DNA of 64,000 bases. Origin: Eledone cirrhosa (Eukaryota). Shown in pieces: positions 38,341 to 52,647 of the stretch; positions within the stretch are counted from its first letter, which is position 1; each line of letters starts with the position of its first letter. A program made the position numbers and the translations under genes. Location of the stretch: positions 309,256,001-309,320,000 of the forward strand of contig OZ024743.1 of the NCBI GenBank assembly GCA_964016885.1, read 5' to 3'. The notes under the pieces were generated by a model. It did not search any database. It was not told where the DNA came from and worked only from the letters and a program-made list of their open reading frames with translations.

Positions 38341-41300
38341 TCTAAACTAGATATCACAATACAATTTTCGCGACTCTGTAACGATAATTTATCTAATTCG
38401 TTGCTCAATAATATGAAGATCTTGCTGGGTTTGAACAGAGAATATCAAGGTATTTTCTCCAGCACACTAACATTTTTGCTACTCACTTTAAACTAATTCA
38501 AAGTTCATTTGAAAATTTTCGCTACCAAACACATTCTTTGAAACTACGGTCATGCCACCCCCAAAAAAGACCACGACTTAGTCGCCAAACTAAAGCTGCT
38601 TCTGCTGCCAAACGAAGAAGAGCTACAGAGTTGTCCGTAGAAAAATTGACTCGGTTGTCACAAAATGCAACTCGAAATGCAATTACCCAGGCAACCGAGA
38701 CAGAAAAAAAGAGGAGCATCCGCCTTTCCGGAAATGCATTTGTAACTGCAGTTGCACGTGCAGCGCAAACTGATGAACAACATTCTCGACGACGAAGCAA
38801 AAATGCGGCCTCCACCGCTGCGGCATGTGACGGTGAGGACGAAGAACACCGTTACAGTCGACGACGAAGAGATTCCGCCTCAACTGCTGCGTCACGTGCT
38901 GCCGAGGACGAAGGGCAGCGTTCCAGACGTCAACGTATGGATGCCACTTCAACAGCTTCCGTTCGCGCATCAGAGACTGCGCAAATTCAATTACAAAGGC
39001 TAAACGCCAACGCACTCCGCAGGAGTGCTAAACGAGGCACACAGAGGATCAGTTGCACTCAGTGGTCTCATAAGTCTTTCCACTATGACCCAACAGTAAA
39101 CTATGCACTGATGCCAGAAGTTCAGATTGGATCCATGTCTGTCATTTGCTAATATTTTCGGACTAAAAAATGGCCTGGGGAAACTTCAGGGATGACCTCT
39201 TTCGGAGCTAACATCATACACGAGGACGGCTTCAGGCCTACCTTTAAAGTTCAAGGACAAATTTACCACAGAATCGGTTCGCTACTGCCCACGACAGACG
39301 GACAGCCCCAGTTCCTACAGCTATACTTTGTCACTGACTATTTGGACCAAGCGGAACGACGCGCTTCAATTTTGCCTGGCACATACATGAAAATTCTGTT
39401 GCAACTCCAGATAATGCTGCACGAAAACAACAACTACACTCGCAGTTTTAAATGCGCATTGGAGGCTGCTCCGTTGCCAAATTTTGCTGTTATAATCGAC
39501 GCTGACAGGAAACTACCAGGCACCCACGCCGGACGTTTTAACAGTCGCACACAATGAAATAGCTGTGCTTCTTCATGGAGAACTGTACAAAAAGTGGGAC
39601 ATCATACCTCAGTGTAGGGACAATAGTCTGCAACGGATCAGCGAGACGCATAGGTCCTACGACGCATTCCAATATCCCCTACTTTTCCCATTCGGTGACG
39701 ACGGATACCACTTTGGAATTCCTTTGTGCAACAGCAACAAAACTGTTTCCTCTATGCAATTCTTCACCTACCGATTCATGGTCCGCGAATGCTGCTTTAA
39801 CCAACTCCACCGTGCAAGAGTACTCTTCAACCACCTTGCTGTAGACGCGTGCGTAAAGATGGAATCTGAAGGGCTGTGCTACATAAGGAACATTAAAGCA
39901 CGCCTTCGTTCGGACAGCTACATTCACTTATGGGATGGAGTAAGGAATGACGTCGATTCCGAGAACCTAGGAAAACATTGTATCCTTCCGTCGACCTTCA
40001 TTGGGGAGTCCCCGATACATGAGTGAACGCACACAGGATGCTATGACGTACGTGCGTCTCTACGGCAGACCGGATCTCTTCATCACTTCAACATGCAACC
40101 CTAAGTGGAATGAAATTACCGCGGAATTATTCCCCGACAAAGGGCGTCAGACAGACACGATCTTACGGCACGAGTCTTTTACTTGAAGTTGACAAAACTT
40201 ATTGAACTCCTAAAATCAGGTAAGGCCTTTGGACCTATTAGGTGCTACGTATACACCGTTGAGTGGCAAAAGAGAGGCCTGCCACACGCTCACCTACTCA
40301 TTTGGCTGATAACAAAAATCAACGCAAGCAGCATTGACAGCATCATTTCAGCAGAAATACCCAACCCAAAATTGGACAGAGAACTCCACAACATCGACAC
40401 TGCTCACATGGTTCATGGGCCATGCGGAAACGGTTTCAACAGGAATTCTCCATGCATTAAAGAAAGAAGATGCACCAAGAGGTATCCTAAGCCATTCCTC
40501 CGAGAAACTCGGACAGGTGGCGACGGCTATCCATTATACCGCCGCAGGGAGCCAGCGGACGGAGGAATTGTTGCGAAAACACCACATCACAACGTCGACA
40601 ACCGGTGGATTGTACCCTACTGCCCACTTCTGCTTAAATTGTTTAACGCCCACATTAACATTGAATATTGCCACTCCGTCAAATCGATAAAGTACGTCTG
40701 AAAGTAAATCAATAAGGGGTCCGATGCTACGTTCTTTGGTCTTACAATGGAGAACAACCGAGACGAAGCAACTCGATACCAGGTCGGCCGATACATCAGC
40801 AGCAATGAAGCGTTCTGACGATTCTTCCACTTTGCAATACACCATAACTACCCCCAATCAAACAGTTGGCGGTGCACCTTGAAAACGGTCAAAGAGTCTA
40901 CTTCAACGCCTCCACCGCTGCTGAGATAGCAGAGGAACCCAAGGACACCACACTTACGGCATTTCTTAAGTTATGCCGAATCGATCCCTTCTACTCTCAG
41001 GTGCCATCATACTACACATAGAACACAGACAACAGAATTTGGTTAAGAAGGGAGAAAGGGCAACCCGTCGAGGGACATCCAGACATTAAAATGTCCACTA
41101 CCCTAGGGAGAGTGTACACCATTCATCCTAACCAACAGGAATGTCTTTATCTCCGCCTTCTACTGCATGACGTGGGAGGACCGACATCTTTCGACGATCT
41201 GAACACAATCAACGGAGAGCTTTGTACTTCATTCCGCGCAGCCTGCCTTAGACCGGGTCTACTGGAAGATGGCACTCAGCGGGATGCGACATTGGCGGAG

Positions 41301-43095
41301 GCAGCTACAATACGCTCAGCGCGAACTCTTCGGCAACTCTTTGAGGTGTTACTGCATACATGCGAGTTAAGCGACCTTGCATCCTTATGGGACAAATACA
41401 AAGATAACCTTTCCGATGACTACATACACCAAGGACAACGGCTACTCCCTCATTCCGACGTACGACTCAGCGACGAATTCTTCAACAAAGCTCCCATTGA
41501 CATCGAGGACAAAATCCTAACTGTCGGCGGAAATGACCTTCCATTCTATGGACTGCCAAAAGTTCAGTGAACGGGCTCGGACAAACTTCCGACGGGCATA
41601 ATTCAGGAAACTGCCTACGACGTCCACGCCCTCGAACTGTTCATCAATGAAAACGAGCCGAAATTGTTGCAGGACCAACGACAGGCGTATGACACAGTTT
41701 GAACTTCCATTCGTCAACGCAGAGGAGGTATCTTCTTTTTGGACGTCCCAGGAGGAACTGGTAAAACATTCATCAATAAACTTCTCCTCGCCACAGTCCG
41801 ACAGCAGAAAGGAATCGCCCTGGCTGTGGTTTCTTCTGGCATTGCCGCAACTCTGCTGCCCGGAGGTAGGACAGCCCATTCCGCATTTAAACTACCATTC
41901 AACACGACTTCAGCCGACACAATAACCTGCAACATCACCAAAGACTCTGACAAAGCGCTGAAGACTTGAAAATATTCCAGCTAATTGTGTGGGACGAATG
42001 CACAATGGCCCATAAAGGGTCCCTTGAGGCGTTAGACAGTACCCTACGAGACATCAGGAATGCAACCGGCCGATGGGAGGAGTACCTCTACTGCTGTCTG
42101 CCGATTTTCGACAAACTCTTCCAGATGTTCCAAAAGCCACCAGGACCGACACTGTGGGGGCTTCCATTAAGTCATCTCGCCTGTGGCAGGAAGTGTCAAT
42201 CTTGACCCTCACAACAAATGAGAGCCCAACTGCTCGGCGACCACTCAGCAGCCGACTTCTCAAAGGTGACGGCACTGCACCTTCAGATGCAGCTGGAGAA
42301 ATGGTAGTCTCGCAAGTAGGCACCGTTGTCGACACTGTTGACGACTTCACAGCCTCTGTCATTCCCGATATGGCGACCACCTACAAAAACACTAGTTGGC
42401 TCTGCGATAGAGCCATATTGGCTCCTAAAAATGTCTCAGTTGCAAAAATCAATGAGGATCTTCTGCAACGCATTCCTGGAAACCTCCGTACCTACAAATC
42501 TGTGGACAAAGTTGTGGACAAAGATGAGGTTGAGGATTTTCCAACAGAATTCCTTAATTCCTTGGACCTCTCTGGACTGCCACCTCATGAACTGCGCGTC
42601 AAAGTTGGGACTCCAGTCATGCTGTTGAGGAACCTGGAACATCCACGTCTTTGCAACGGAACACGGTTAGTGGTAATAAACCTCCTGCCGCATGTAATTG
42701 AAGCCACAATTCTCACGGGCTGCGGCGCTGGATAAAACGTCTTCATACTCAGAATACCATTAACTCCATCAGGTACGGAATGCCCATCTACTCTACGTCG
42801 ACTTCAATTCCCCGTTAAACTTTGCTTCGCGATGTCAACCAACAAGTCCCAAGGCCAAACGCTATCAACGTCAGGCCTGCATTTAGCCCAGCCGTGCTTC
42901 TCACACGGCCAATTATACGTCGCATGCTCAATAGTGGGATGCAAGCAGAACTTATTCATACTTGCGCCCAAAGCAGAACAAAAAATGTGGTCTACATAGA
43001 GGTGTTGTGACTCCTCTATTCAGCACCACTGCAGTCTTGCCGGTCTGACATATAGTGAGTAGATGCTATTGTTGTATATTTTCAAACTTACCCGT
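38341..43095 (+). mobile_element. Degraded autonomous Helitron (RepHel pseudogene 38551-43010)
   Basis: FKVQGQIYHRIGSL, YPLLFP, YGRPDLFIT, HUH motif VEWQKRGLPHAH, SIKY, and PIF1 helicase motifs GGTGKT, GRTAHS, WDEC, LCNGTRL, NKSQGQTL, HGQLYVA. Many stops and frameshifts. Confidence 0.93.
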
Positions 43096-43104
43096 ATTTA
43101 CTTT

Positions 43105-43589
43105 CAATGCCTCAATATTCATCGAACCGGTGGGGCTGGATCGAAGGGACGGAAAAAGGCCAGATGGCATGACCATCTTCCCGTTCCGCGGTGGCAAACC
43201 CCTCGTCTGGGATGCCACTTGCACCGACACTTTCTGCAGCCGCAACCTGGTGCAGTCTGCGACTGACCCATGTTCTGCTGCACGTCGGGCTGAGGGGGCC
43301 AAACTCCTCAAATGCCGGTCGCTCTCCGACAGGTTTGCGGTCGTTCCCCTGGCAGTGGAAACTTCTGGTATCCTCGGCCCCAGGTCTACCTCCTTACTCA
43401 CCACCATAGCACTGAGCTGGCCAGCCGCAGGTGTGAGCCCCGCGAGTTGGAGTGGCTTTTCCAGCGCGTCTCCCTTGCCGTCCTCTGGGGAAACGCCTTC
43501 TCCATTCTGTCCGCCGGGGCTGTGGGTGGGCCCCATCGCGTACCAATACATTAGTTAAATACCATTCTTTCATCGTTACAACTTATATC
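43105..43589 (+). mobile_element. 3' fragment of a CRE-like RLE retrotransposon (endonuclease domain)
   Basis: EPVGLDRRDGKRPDGMTIFPFRGGKPLVWDATCTDT...AE..K...PLAVETSG, a PD-(D/E) RLE of CRE type. Confidence 0.8.
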
Positions 43590-44045
43590 CACATTAATGA
43601 CGTATTATCTTTGTTGTCACTCTACATACATTTGTAATGTTATTTATAGAACCAATAAGTCATTGAGAAGGTGACAGGATGTTTGAGGAAAGACCTTTGA
43701 AAATTAAATATGACAACTATACAAGCATCCAATTATTAAGCTAACTGAGGAGTGGATTAGTTACATCATTATTTGATGCAATGTTGATTTCCACAAGTAT
43801 AATTTATTTCCTCATAGAGACGTGGTGCAATATTGCTTTATTTGTCTGTTTCAATATGTTTGAGGTCATAATGAGCAATAGATATATTTGGATTAATGGA
43901 CTTCGGTGTCTGATATCAAATATGTAGTTTTGTCTGCTGTAACCATGAAGCGAGTGAAAGAGTGTGACAGCCAGTTAATACTGTTACAATTTGTCACTAC
44001 ACCCATACATACATATATACATACATACGAACATATATAAAAACA

Positions 44046-44092
<47 letters not shown>

Positions 44093-44096
<4 letters not shown>

Positions 44097-45012
44097 GCTG
44101 CCAACTCGTTTTCGAGTACGGCCACTACTTTATATCCGTGTAGGAGAACCCAAGATATAAAGCAATGCCTGTGCCGTGAAGCTTTTATAGTGAGCAAAGG
44201 CACTGCACAAAGCCAGTCCCACTCTCTTAACCAAGATGATATTTACCAAAAAGAAGAACAAATCAACATCATTGGATACCATCAGGGTTGCAGGTGTTAT
44301 ATCAGAGTTTTCCTTCTCCTAGAATTCTGCCTTGACAAAGGCTAAGGGGTCATCTCTCCCGGTGATTTTGGATGGCCATTGACTCTTAAGAGCTCCTTTG
44401 CCCTTTGACAGGTTTTGTTTTTAGTCCTGCAGGATGTATATATATACATACATGCATACATGATGGCTGTCCCCTCGTTATCGAGTATGGTCATTGCACG
44501 ATATACCATTATTAATAATTATTAATTAATTCTATCGTGTAATGACTGTGCGTGAGGATATTTTTTAAAGTGAGCGACAGTAGTTATAACCCGAAAAGAA
44601 GAAAAGATCAACATCATCGGTAACTACTGAGCCGCAGGTTTTATATCGGAGTTATCCCAGTTTGATGAGTTGCCTTCTCCTAGAAGAATGCCCTGACAAA
44701 GGCTAGGAGTCATTCACTCCCAGTGGTTTAACCGCGCTATCTGGTGTCCAGCCCGACTATTTCTATGTCCCCGCGCATATACATACATATGTACATGTGT
44801 ATATACATATTTACACACTTTTGGATGGCCGTTGACTCTTATGAGTTCTTCCGCCCTTTGTCAGGTTTTATTTTTTGTCCTGCAGGGTGTCCAAAATCAC
44901 CCTCCTCACCAAGTAAACTTGGTGGGGTTGCCGGTTTAGTCGATGACGACCCGACCATGCGACAAGTTGTACTGGGTTACATGGTACCAGTAGTACTCAA
45001 GAGTGACCCGAC
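44093..45012 (-). mobile_element. Cluster of RTE-derived non-autonomous copies or fragments
   Basis: 44093-44435 matches 293-778 with deletions. 44461-44770 is a diverged relative. 44820-45012 is the 5' part. Confidence 0.7.
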
Positions 45013-45065
45013 ATACATACATACATACATACATACATACATACATACATACATACATACATACA

Positions 45066-45101
<36 letters not shown>

Positions 45102-45114
45102 TATATATAATCAA

Positions 45115-48078
45115 TAACAAAGAACGCCTATAGCATATGCATATCTTTACTTGCTAACATTGTTTCATCCGCACTATAAGTGGGACTCATCAGAGCATAA
45201 AGGTTAATTACATACCACACAAGCAATAACAAATCCAAGACATTGAAGAAATAAAGAATGAAAAATAATAAAAGATAAAAGATATTGAGGAAGTAAAAAT
45301 AAAAATAAAAATAAAAATAAACATTGAAAAATAAACAATGAAAAATAATTGAAAAATAAGGTGTGCTATCAGTCACAGTTGGGCGGGGTGCTGTCAACAT
45401 ATAGTTACATACAAGCATACACATGGATAAGAGAACAGACAAGATTAGATAAGATAGATAGGATTAGGTAAGAGTAGATAAAAAATAGGTGAAAAATAGG
45501 TAAAAAATAGACTTATAATATATATAAGAAAATATAAAAAAACATACATATAAAATATAAAATATACAGATAATAGTGATACAGGGTAAGGAATGAAATA
45601 AAATAGAATAAAATAATATAAAATTAACATTAAAATCATATAAAATAGAATATAATATAATATAATAATAAAATAAGATAAAATAAAATAAAATAAAATA
45701 AACTAAAATAAAATAAACTAAAATAAAATAATATAATATAAGATATAATTAAATAAATAAAATTAAATAAATAAAATTAAATAAAATGAAATAAAATAAA
45801 ATAAAATAAAATAAAATAAAGTAAATTGAGATAAAATATATATTTTTTTAGAATATATTTCTTGAATATATCAGGGGCCCACGAAGGCACTAAGTGTCGC
45901 AGTTATCAGTATCACTTGACCATTGCAATGCAATGGAGACGTCCCAGGTTGGGCAGTCTCAAAAGTTCACTCGAAAGTCACGGGTGTGCATTCACACAGT
46001 TGAGCGGTGGGGTAATCACAAACCGGTTCACACCCGGGCAGGAGTCCAATGGTCAACAGAGGTACATCGAAGGAAGGTAGGAGAATTCACGTGCAGCAGC
46101 AAGAGGCAGACAGGTGGGCCGAAAGCAAGCAGGTGCAGGCGGGCTAGCCGAAAGCAAGCAGACACAGTTGGGTCAGGCGGGTTAATATGCATACTCAACA
46201 GCGCATACAAAAGATATATAAAAAATAAAAGATATATAAAAAATAGCTTCAAGAGCCAATATCATGAAGTCACCGCATTGGGACATCTCAAGATTATACA
46301 CACCAATATGTTCAGCACGTATATGCACATATACACACCACATGCATATGCAGAGACGGTATACATATATATATATTTTTATATACAGACATATACAACC
46401 ACCTACACCCATACACATATAAATGTATACACAGACACACACGCACACACACACAGCGTAGGACACCCGGGTCAAAGCTGATATTAAACACAGAAATACC
46501 ACATTAGGCAAGACCCACCACCACGGATAATACATTCAAAATAAATACATACGATGAGATGCAGTAAAATAAATCAAATTGAAATCCTACGGAGATAATC
46601 ATGTCCGCACGTGCCATTGCCCGATTCAAGTGTCCACAGACCGTTAGTAACTACGGAGGGCTATCGGGGCCAAAACGTTACTTTCGGGATAATAACAACG
46701 ACCGTCAATATATGGAAGGCCAATCGTGCTAGAAAGACTACAACCCCGGGCAAGAGCTCCCAGAAGTCAGCCTGTAGATCTTAAACCACAGAATAGGAGG
46801 GCAACACGTACATGTGCCACGTATCTACTGCTTACGGCGAGATGGCACAGGTCCGCCCACAGTTACAGGCTAAATTTCTATTTGTGCAGCCTATATCACA
46901 GTACACGATCTACATAGATACATTACATCATAACTCATGCGCATACAGAGGTACAGATCCGCAAGATACACGTCGGGATAGACCCACCAATGCACCAATG
47001 GTGGGTAGGCGAACGTGGATGGGTTACATCCGCTGTGCCAAACAGGGGTGCTTATTAACATACACACCCACTCACCTGTACACCGCAATATCCAGATCAA
47101 TATTCTCCCGCAGGCATACGTATACACTCACTGACTCATATACATAGAAGACAAACAATAGGAGACAGTTACACACAATAAGAGACAGTTACACAAGATA
47201 GCCCAACTGGAGAATTAAGGAAGTGCTAGCTAATAGGTTTAAAGTAGAAGAAAGAGCTTAATATTCGGTGGGGGCAAGAGGAAAATATTTCTGACTTTCT
47301 GTTTAGTAGAGGGCATTTAGCAAATATAATAGAGTGGGATTCGGCAAGGCATAGGTTACATACTCTATTATGAGGAGTATATGGATGGGATTTAGCAACC
47401 TGCCGCCAAGTAAGTGTGTAATGTGTTCGTGCATTTTTTAAATTGTGGACGTACGCTGCCAAGGAGGTGGAGTTCCTCAGTTTATTGTGTCTAAAAGTGC
47501 ACTGGTGAGAGTTAAACCTGGTCTTAAAGGGGGTGGAGGTTGATCCTATATAGGTTTTAGTGGACGCCGTAGTTACCACATCACGCGTAAACTATGTTTC
47601 TAATAAGGCAGAAACCATTCAGGGGGCAGCCTGAAGCCCTTCTACAGTTACAATTTCCGGTGATGCTATTCTCAGAATGATCACCACTTGTGTTCCGGCC
47701 CCCTCTGTCCACTACCGTGTTTTCCCCTAGGCTTAGGTTGTCCAGGCCTTCCTTTATTTTCCTATTATTAGTAATGGCCAGATGAGAGGCCAGATTATGG
47801 GTTGTAGAATACGAAAGTTTAACAACATTCTTATTGAGGATAGAGTGGTACCTATTACCAGGAGGGAAGTTCCTTTCTAACACAGAGAAGAAGGCCCTAT
47901 GAATATTTATAGCCACTTCAGAGTTAAAAGGGGGGTTGAAGTATGTATTCAATCTTCTTCTATTCTTTTTATTCTTTTTATTTCCATCACTATTATTAGC
48001 ATTATTATTTCTACGGTTACTATGCTCACCTAGTTTATGCGGGGAGCTGCGAGGCCTACCATTGCTATTACTTAGACT
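45115..48078 (-). mobile_element. 5'-truncated Naiad-like Penelope element with ~2 kb 3' region ending in a hammerhead
   Basis: YFNPPF...NFP...KLSYS, linker [15 protein letters not shown] (CxCx5C), IVY...YIGST...FKTRFNSH, CNLCLAE and LNRKSEIFSSCPH. Frameshift at about 47580. (TA)n at both ends. Confidence 0.8.
45152..45197 (-). ncRNA. Type I hammerhead ribozyme motif (intact)
   Basis: Minus strand reads TGCT-CTGATGA-GTCCCAC(TTATA)GTGCGGAT-GAAA-CAATG-TT-AGCA. Confidence 0.85.
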
Positions 48079-48095
48079 GTGTGTGTATATATATG

Positions 48096-48179
<84 letters not shown>

Positions 48180-48339
48180 CATATTTATATACACATATAA
48201 AAACATATATATACACACACACAGACACACACACACACACATATATATATATGTATATAGGAACCGGTAAGACCCCGACGGCTGAGCTCAAGCCGTTTCA
48301 ACGGCTAATTCTGGACTCATATATGTATATATATATATA

Positions 48340-48700
48340 TATTGGAAAATGTGTGAGGTCCTTGGTACAGTTAGGTATATTTGAAAAAGAGGAAAAGAAT
48401 GACTTCATTTGTAGTGTCAAAAAATGTTTGATTTAATTTTATAATATTACGGGGTCGATAAAATAAAGTTCCAGTAATGTACTGGTTAATTGCTGGCCTT
48501 GTGCCGAAAGTAGAAACAATTATAATATTATAAAATTAAATCAAAAAAGTTTAACAGTACGAGTGAAGTCATTCTTTTCCTTTTTTTCAAATATATATAT
48601 ATATTTACTGGTACTTTATTTCATCGACCCCGTAATATTATAAAATTAAATCAAACATTTTTTGACACTACAAATGAAGTCAATCTTTTCCTCTCTTATA
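48340..48700. repeat. Inverted and partly tandem cassette containing SINE 3' fragments
   Basis: 48385-48490 is inverted at 48605-48695. 48521-48592 is a second inverted copy. Confidence 0.7.
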
Positions 48701-48763
48701 TATTTGATATATATTTATCCTTATCGAGCCCTCTTTGGATTTTAGTCTTCAATTTATTATTAT

Positions 48764-48805
<42 letters not shown>

Positions 48806-49434
48806 GCATACGAACTTATCTACACACACAAATGTTTATATATATATGTACACATAGATGTAAATGTTACCTATTATCAGACAGACAGACAGGAAATATT
48901 TGTTTAAAAGAAAGATTTGCTTGCTTGTCTGTCCCGAGTCCAGAGGCTCATCAGACCGATGCTTATCCTGGTTTTCATCGGTGTTAAACGGCTGAGAGTA
49001 CACGAGGCCCCTTTAAACAAGACCTCAGTTCATTGCAAAGGCAATTCCCCGCAAGTGATGGTAATCATTTTCCGTTGAGTATACTGGAGCAACGTGAAAT
49101 GAATTTTTTTGCTGAAAAACACAACGCGTGACCCAGGTCAGGTATCAAACCCACGGCATTATGGTCGTATGTCTCTCTCTTAAGCACTAGGCCACACACC
49201 TTCACCAACCTTTTTAAATCCTTAATATACTAAGGAAAACGTATGAATATCACCACTTCCTGTAATCTGTCCATTTATAAATGGAAAACTTCTTTTACGA
49301 TTAGCAATAGAACACAGTGTTGAACTGCGGGCTGCAATATTGCAGTGCAGTTTTAATTCCAAGTAGAGGTCAACTTCACCTACACCAATAACGCATTTGC
49401 CAAGTTTAACATACTATATGTGTAATAATGGTCT

Positions 49435-49630
49435 CTGATTTAGGTACAAGGCCAGCAATTTTTGGGGAGATGAACGTCAATTAAATCGACACCAATATAT
49501 TACTGGTACTTTATTTTATCGAATCCGTAAGCCTGAAAGGCAAAGCTAACCTCGGCCTGATTTGAAATCAGAAGGTAAAAGGCCGTAACTATATGCTGCA
49601 AAATATGTCTGACGCTCTATCGATACGGCC
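49435..49630 (-). mobile_element. tRNA-derived SINE
   Basis: Reverse complement of the SINE consensus seen at 54535 and 59630. Confidence 0.7.
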
Positions 49631-50264
49631 GGCCATGTAATAATAATTTTTTTATTGACCATAAGGGCCTACACATATATATCATAATAATTATTATATT
49701 ATGCATAAAGTGTATATAAAATAAATGGGAATCTCGTTTAAAATATTGTATTTCATCAGTATAGGATTTATTACATTATTAAGATGCAAAATAATATAAT
49801 CTATCTAATTATGGAGCCGCTGTAAAAATAAAATCGAATAAAATAAAATAATATAAAATAGAATAAAATAAAAGAGACAGTGTATTGCAGGAAAATGAAA
49901 CCTTAATTTAAATGCTCTTGATGACATTGTGATTATTCCTTATACAGTAGTTTGTTTTGAAAATTGACTAATCTGGAAAATTAATAGAATTAAATGTCAA
50001 TTAGTAATCGTTGGAAACAGCTTGTGTTGACTGTTAAAATAACTGTAAAAGAATCCTAAAAAGAGTATGCTTGCCTTAAAATAAATTCTTCTCGGCTGTA
50101 AAATCGTATCAGATTTTACGCAGAGGAATGACCGTACGGTTAAAGAGTTCGCTTCACGGAGTTCTGTCGTATATATATATATATATATAGCGTACTCAAT
50201 AGGCAATGTAAGATACATTCCCAGAGTATGCACATAGTTATTCGCTTCAATACAACACATATAT

Positions 50265-50512
50265 AGAAGTGGTAACACAACAGTTAGTTCACCATACCGA
50301 GAATAATTGTTTCACCTTAGCGGATCCTCAGCTCGTACTGGTCATGGTTATACGGAACAAGAAAAAGCATGAACAGTATGAGCTGAGGATCCGCTAAGGT
50401 GATACAATTGTTCTCGGTATGGTAAATTAACTGTCGTGCTACCACTTCTACCTAACTCGTCCCATGGACTGAGTGTTCTACCACTACGGATATTACCTTA
50501 CAGTGTTCTACC
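50265..50512. repeat. Inverted cassette with a hammerhead in each arm
   Basis: Arms at 50265-50345 and 50368-50450. The right-arm motif (50379-50416) has GATA instead of GAAA. Confidence 0.8.
50298..50335 (-). ncRNA. Minimal type I hammerhead ribozyme motif
   Basis: Minus strand reads CGAG-CTGAGGA-TCC(GCTAA)GGT-GAAA-CAATTA-TT-CTCG. Stem III is the palindrome CAATTG in the other arm. Confidence 0.75.
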
Positions 50513-50561
50513 TCTCTCTCTCTATATATATATATTTCTCTTTCTCTCTCTCTATATATAT

Positions 50562-50918
50562 ATATAAAGAAAAAAAGATGAAATCGAAAATGCAACTGGA
50601 GTCTTATTTAAAAAAAAATATATATATTGATTTGGTTCCTTTACCGGTTTCGCAGTTCTTCTGCTTTCCAAAAGTAGAGTTGAGATGGAGGGTCTGTGGT
50701 TTTTCTCACATCAGATGTGAGAAAAGCCACAGACCCTCCATCTCAACTCTACTTTTGAAAAGCAGAAGAACTGCGAAACCGGTAAAGGAACCAAATAAAT
50801 ATATATATTTTTTTAAAAATAAGACTCCAGTTGCATTTTAGATTTCATCTTTTTTTCTTTATATTTTCACTCGTGTAGGACACCGATTATTTTTCATTTT
50901 GTAAAAAAAAACCCTTAC

Positions 50919-50925
<7 letters not shown>
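50562..50925. repeat. Palindrome (~150 bp arms) with core-degenerate hammerhead folds
   Basis: Centre at 50713. CTT-TTGAAAA-GCAG(AAGAA)CTGC-GAAA-CCGG-TA-AAG at 50752-50787, mirrored at 50639-50674. Confidence 0.75.
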
Positions 50926-50978
<53 letters not shown>

Positions 50979-51125
50979 TATTTTCCGTTGTGTTGTAATA
51001 TAAATATTACACACAGTAGATTATCAGCTCACGTAGAGTTTGCTCGACGGTTCCAGTTGTAGTTCCAAAAGTAATCCGGAGAAAAATAGAAAGGTTTGAA
51101 TGGATACAGTTTAGTTGAAAGGAAT

Positions 51126-51245
51126 TTATTGACACATGTTTCTATAACAGTTACATAACCTAAAACAGCTGCTATCTACAAACTTTTAGTTATGCAGACA
51201 TTCAATATTTCAATGTTATTATTTACTGTCATTTCATCAGAATAA
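51126..51245 (-). ncRNA. Type I hammerhead motif with very long stem II insert
   Basis: Mirror of 53224-53340, with stem III CATGTG. Confidence 0.7.
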
Positions 51246-51821
51246 TATTACTGAGGACCTATTTAGTTTTTATAGAGAATATTAGGAGGGAGGGGAGAAG
51301 TTGTTAGAAGAATAGTTGAAGGAGTGGTTTTTCGATAGCAGTGAGAATTCTTGGTGGCAGTGAGTAATTAGATTCCCATCTGTTGTTTTGACATTTTTTA
51401 TAGAATATATTATTGGTTATTTTTCTAAATCTATAGAAGGATTAGAGATAGTAAAGATATGCGTGGTTGGTTTTGTGTTTGCACTTAATTAACATTCAGA
51501 CTTAAATTTTTCTTTCAAGTGTACGTATCCTTTCACCCACGCGTTCACACACAAATATATTTGCACACCTCTACAAAATACATATACTCACAATTCACAT
51601 ATTCATACTTACATATATATATACACATGCATACACATATATATACACACATGTATTCATGTACATACATACGCGCTCATGTGTATACATTTTCATACTC
51701 AACTTATCTTTATATACACACGTATAGACATACACATATATACATACATACTCTAGTCCATGTGTACACACATACACATACATACACATCTATATACACA
51801 TATATACATACACACACACAC

Positions 51822-51908
<87 letters not shown>

Positions 51909-52580
51909 CACTTTAATACATGAATACACTTACATCTAACTATACACATCAAACATATATATATATTTACTTATTTATATACATTTTCACATATATATAC
52001 ATACTTATGGACGTTTTTAGACACATTCATTATCGCATATTTGCACCTATTCTCATCAGCATATCTTTCCATTATTAGTGTGGTAATTTAAGGTTATTAA
52101 TATATGTTGAGAAGAGATTGTTTTTATATTTTTCTAACTAGATTAAGGTTTATATAGTTGGGGGATGTCCCTCTTTTATGTAATATTCGGCTTGTAGTGG
52201 GAAAAAAGGGTTTTAGTTCTGTGACGGCAGAATAATGTTCGTTCAATTCTGTTATTCAGCAGTTTCTTCTTGTGTGTGATTATGTAATTTTTCCCACTAC
52301 AAGCCGAATATTACATAAAAGAGGGACATCCCCCAACTATATAAACCTTAATCTAGTTAGAAAAATATAAAAACAATCTATTCATATATTAATAACCTTA
52401 AATTACCACACTAATAATGGAAAGATATGCTGATGAGAATAGGTGCAAATATGCGATAATGAATGTGTCTAAAAACGTCCATAAGTATGTATATATATGT
52501 GAAAATGTATATAAATAAGTAAATATATATATATGTTTGATGTGTATAGTTAGATGTAAGTGTATTCATGTATTAAAGTG

Positions 52581-52647
<67 letters not shown>

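Noticed and set aside
47575-47590. TGA ending the Naiad-like ORF as a possible selenocysteine codon
   Set aside because: The downstream GIY-YIG sequence is in a different frame, so this is better explained by a small indel (for example GCG TGT GAT to GCG TGAT). The conserved Cys codons here are TGT/TGC and I saw no convincing SECIS.
52430-52470. CTGATGAG as a hammerhead core (also at 28109 and 36082)
   Set aside because: No stem II plus GAAA plus UH arrangement follows.
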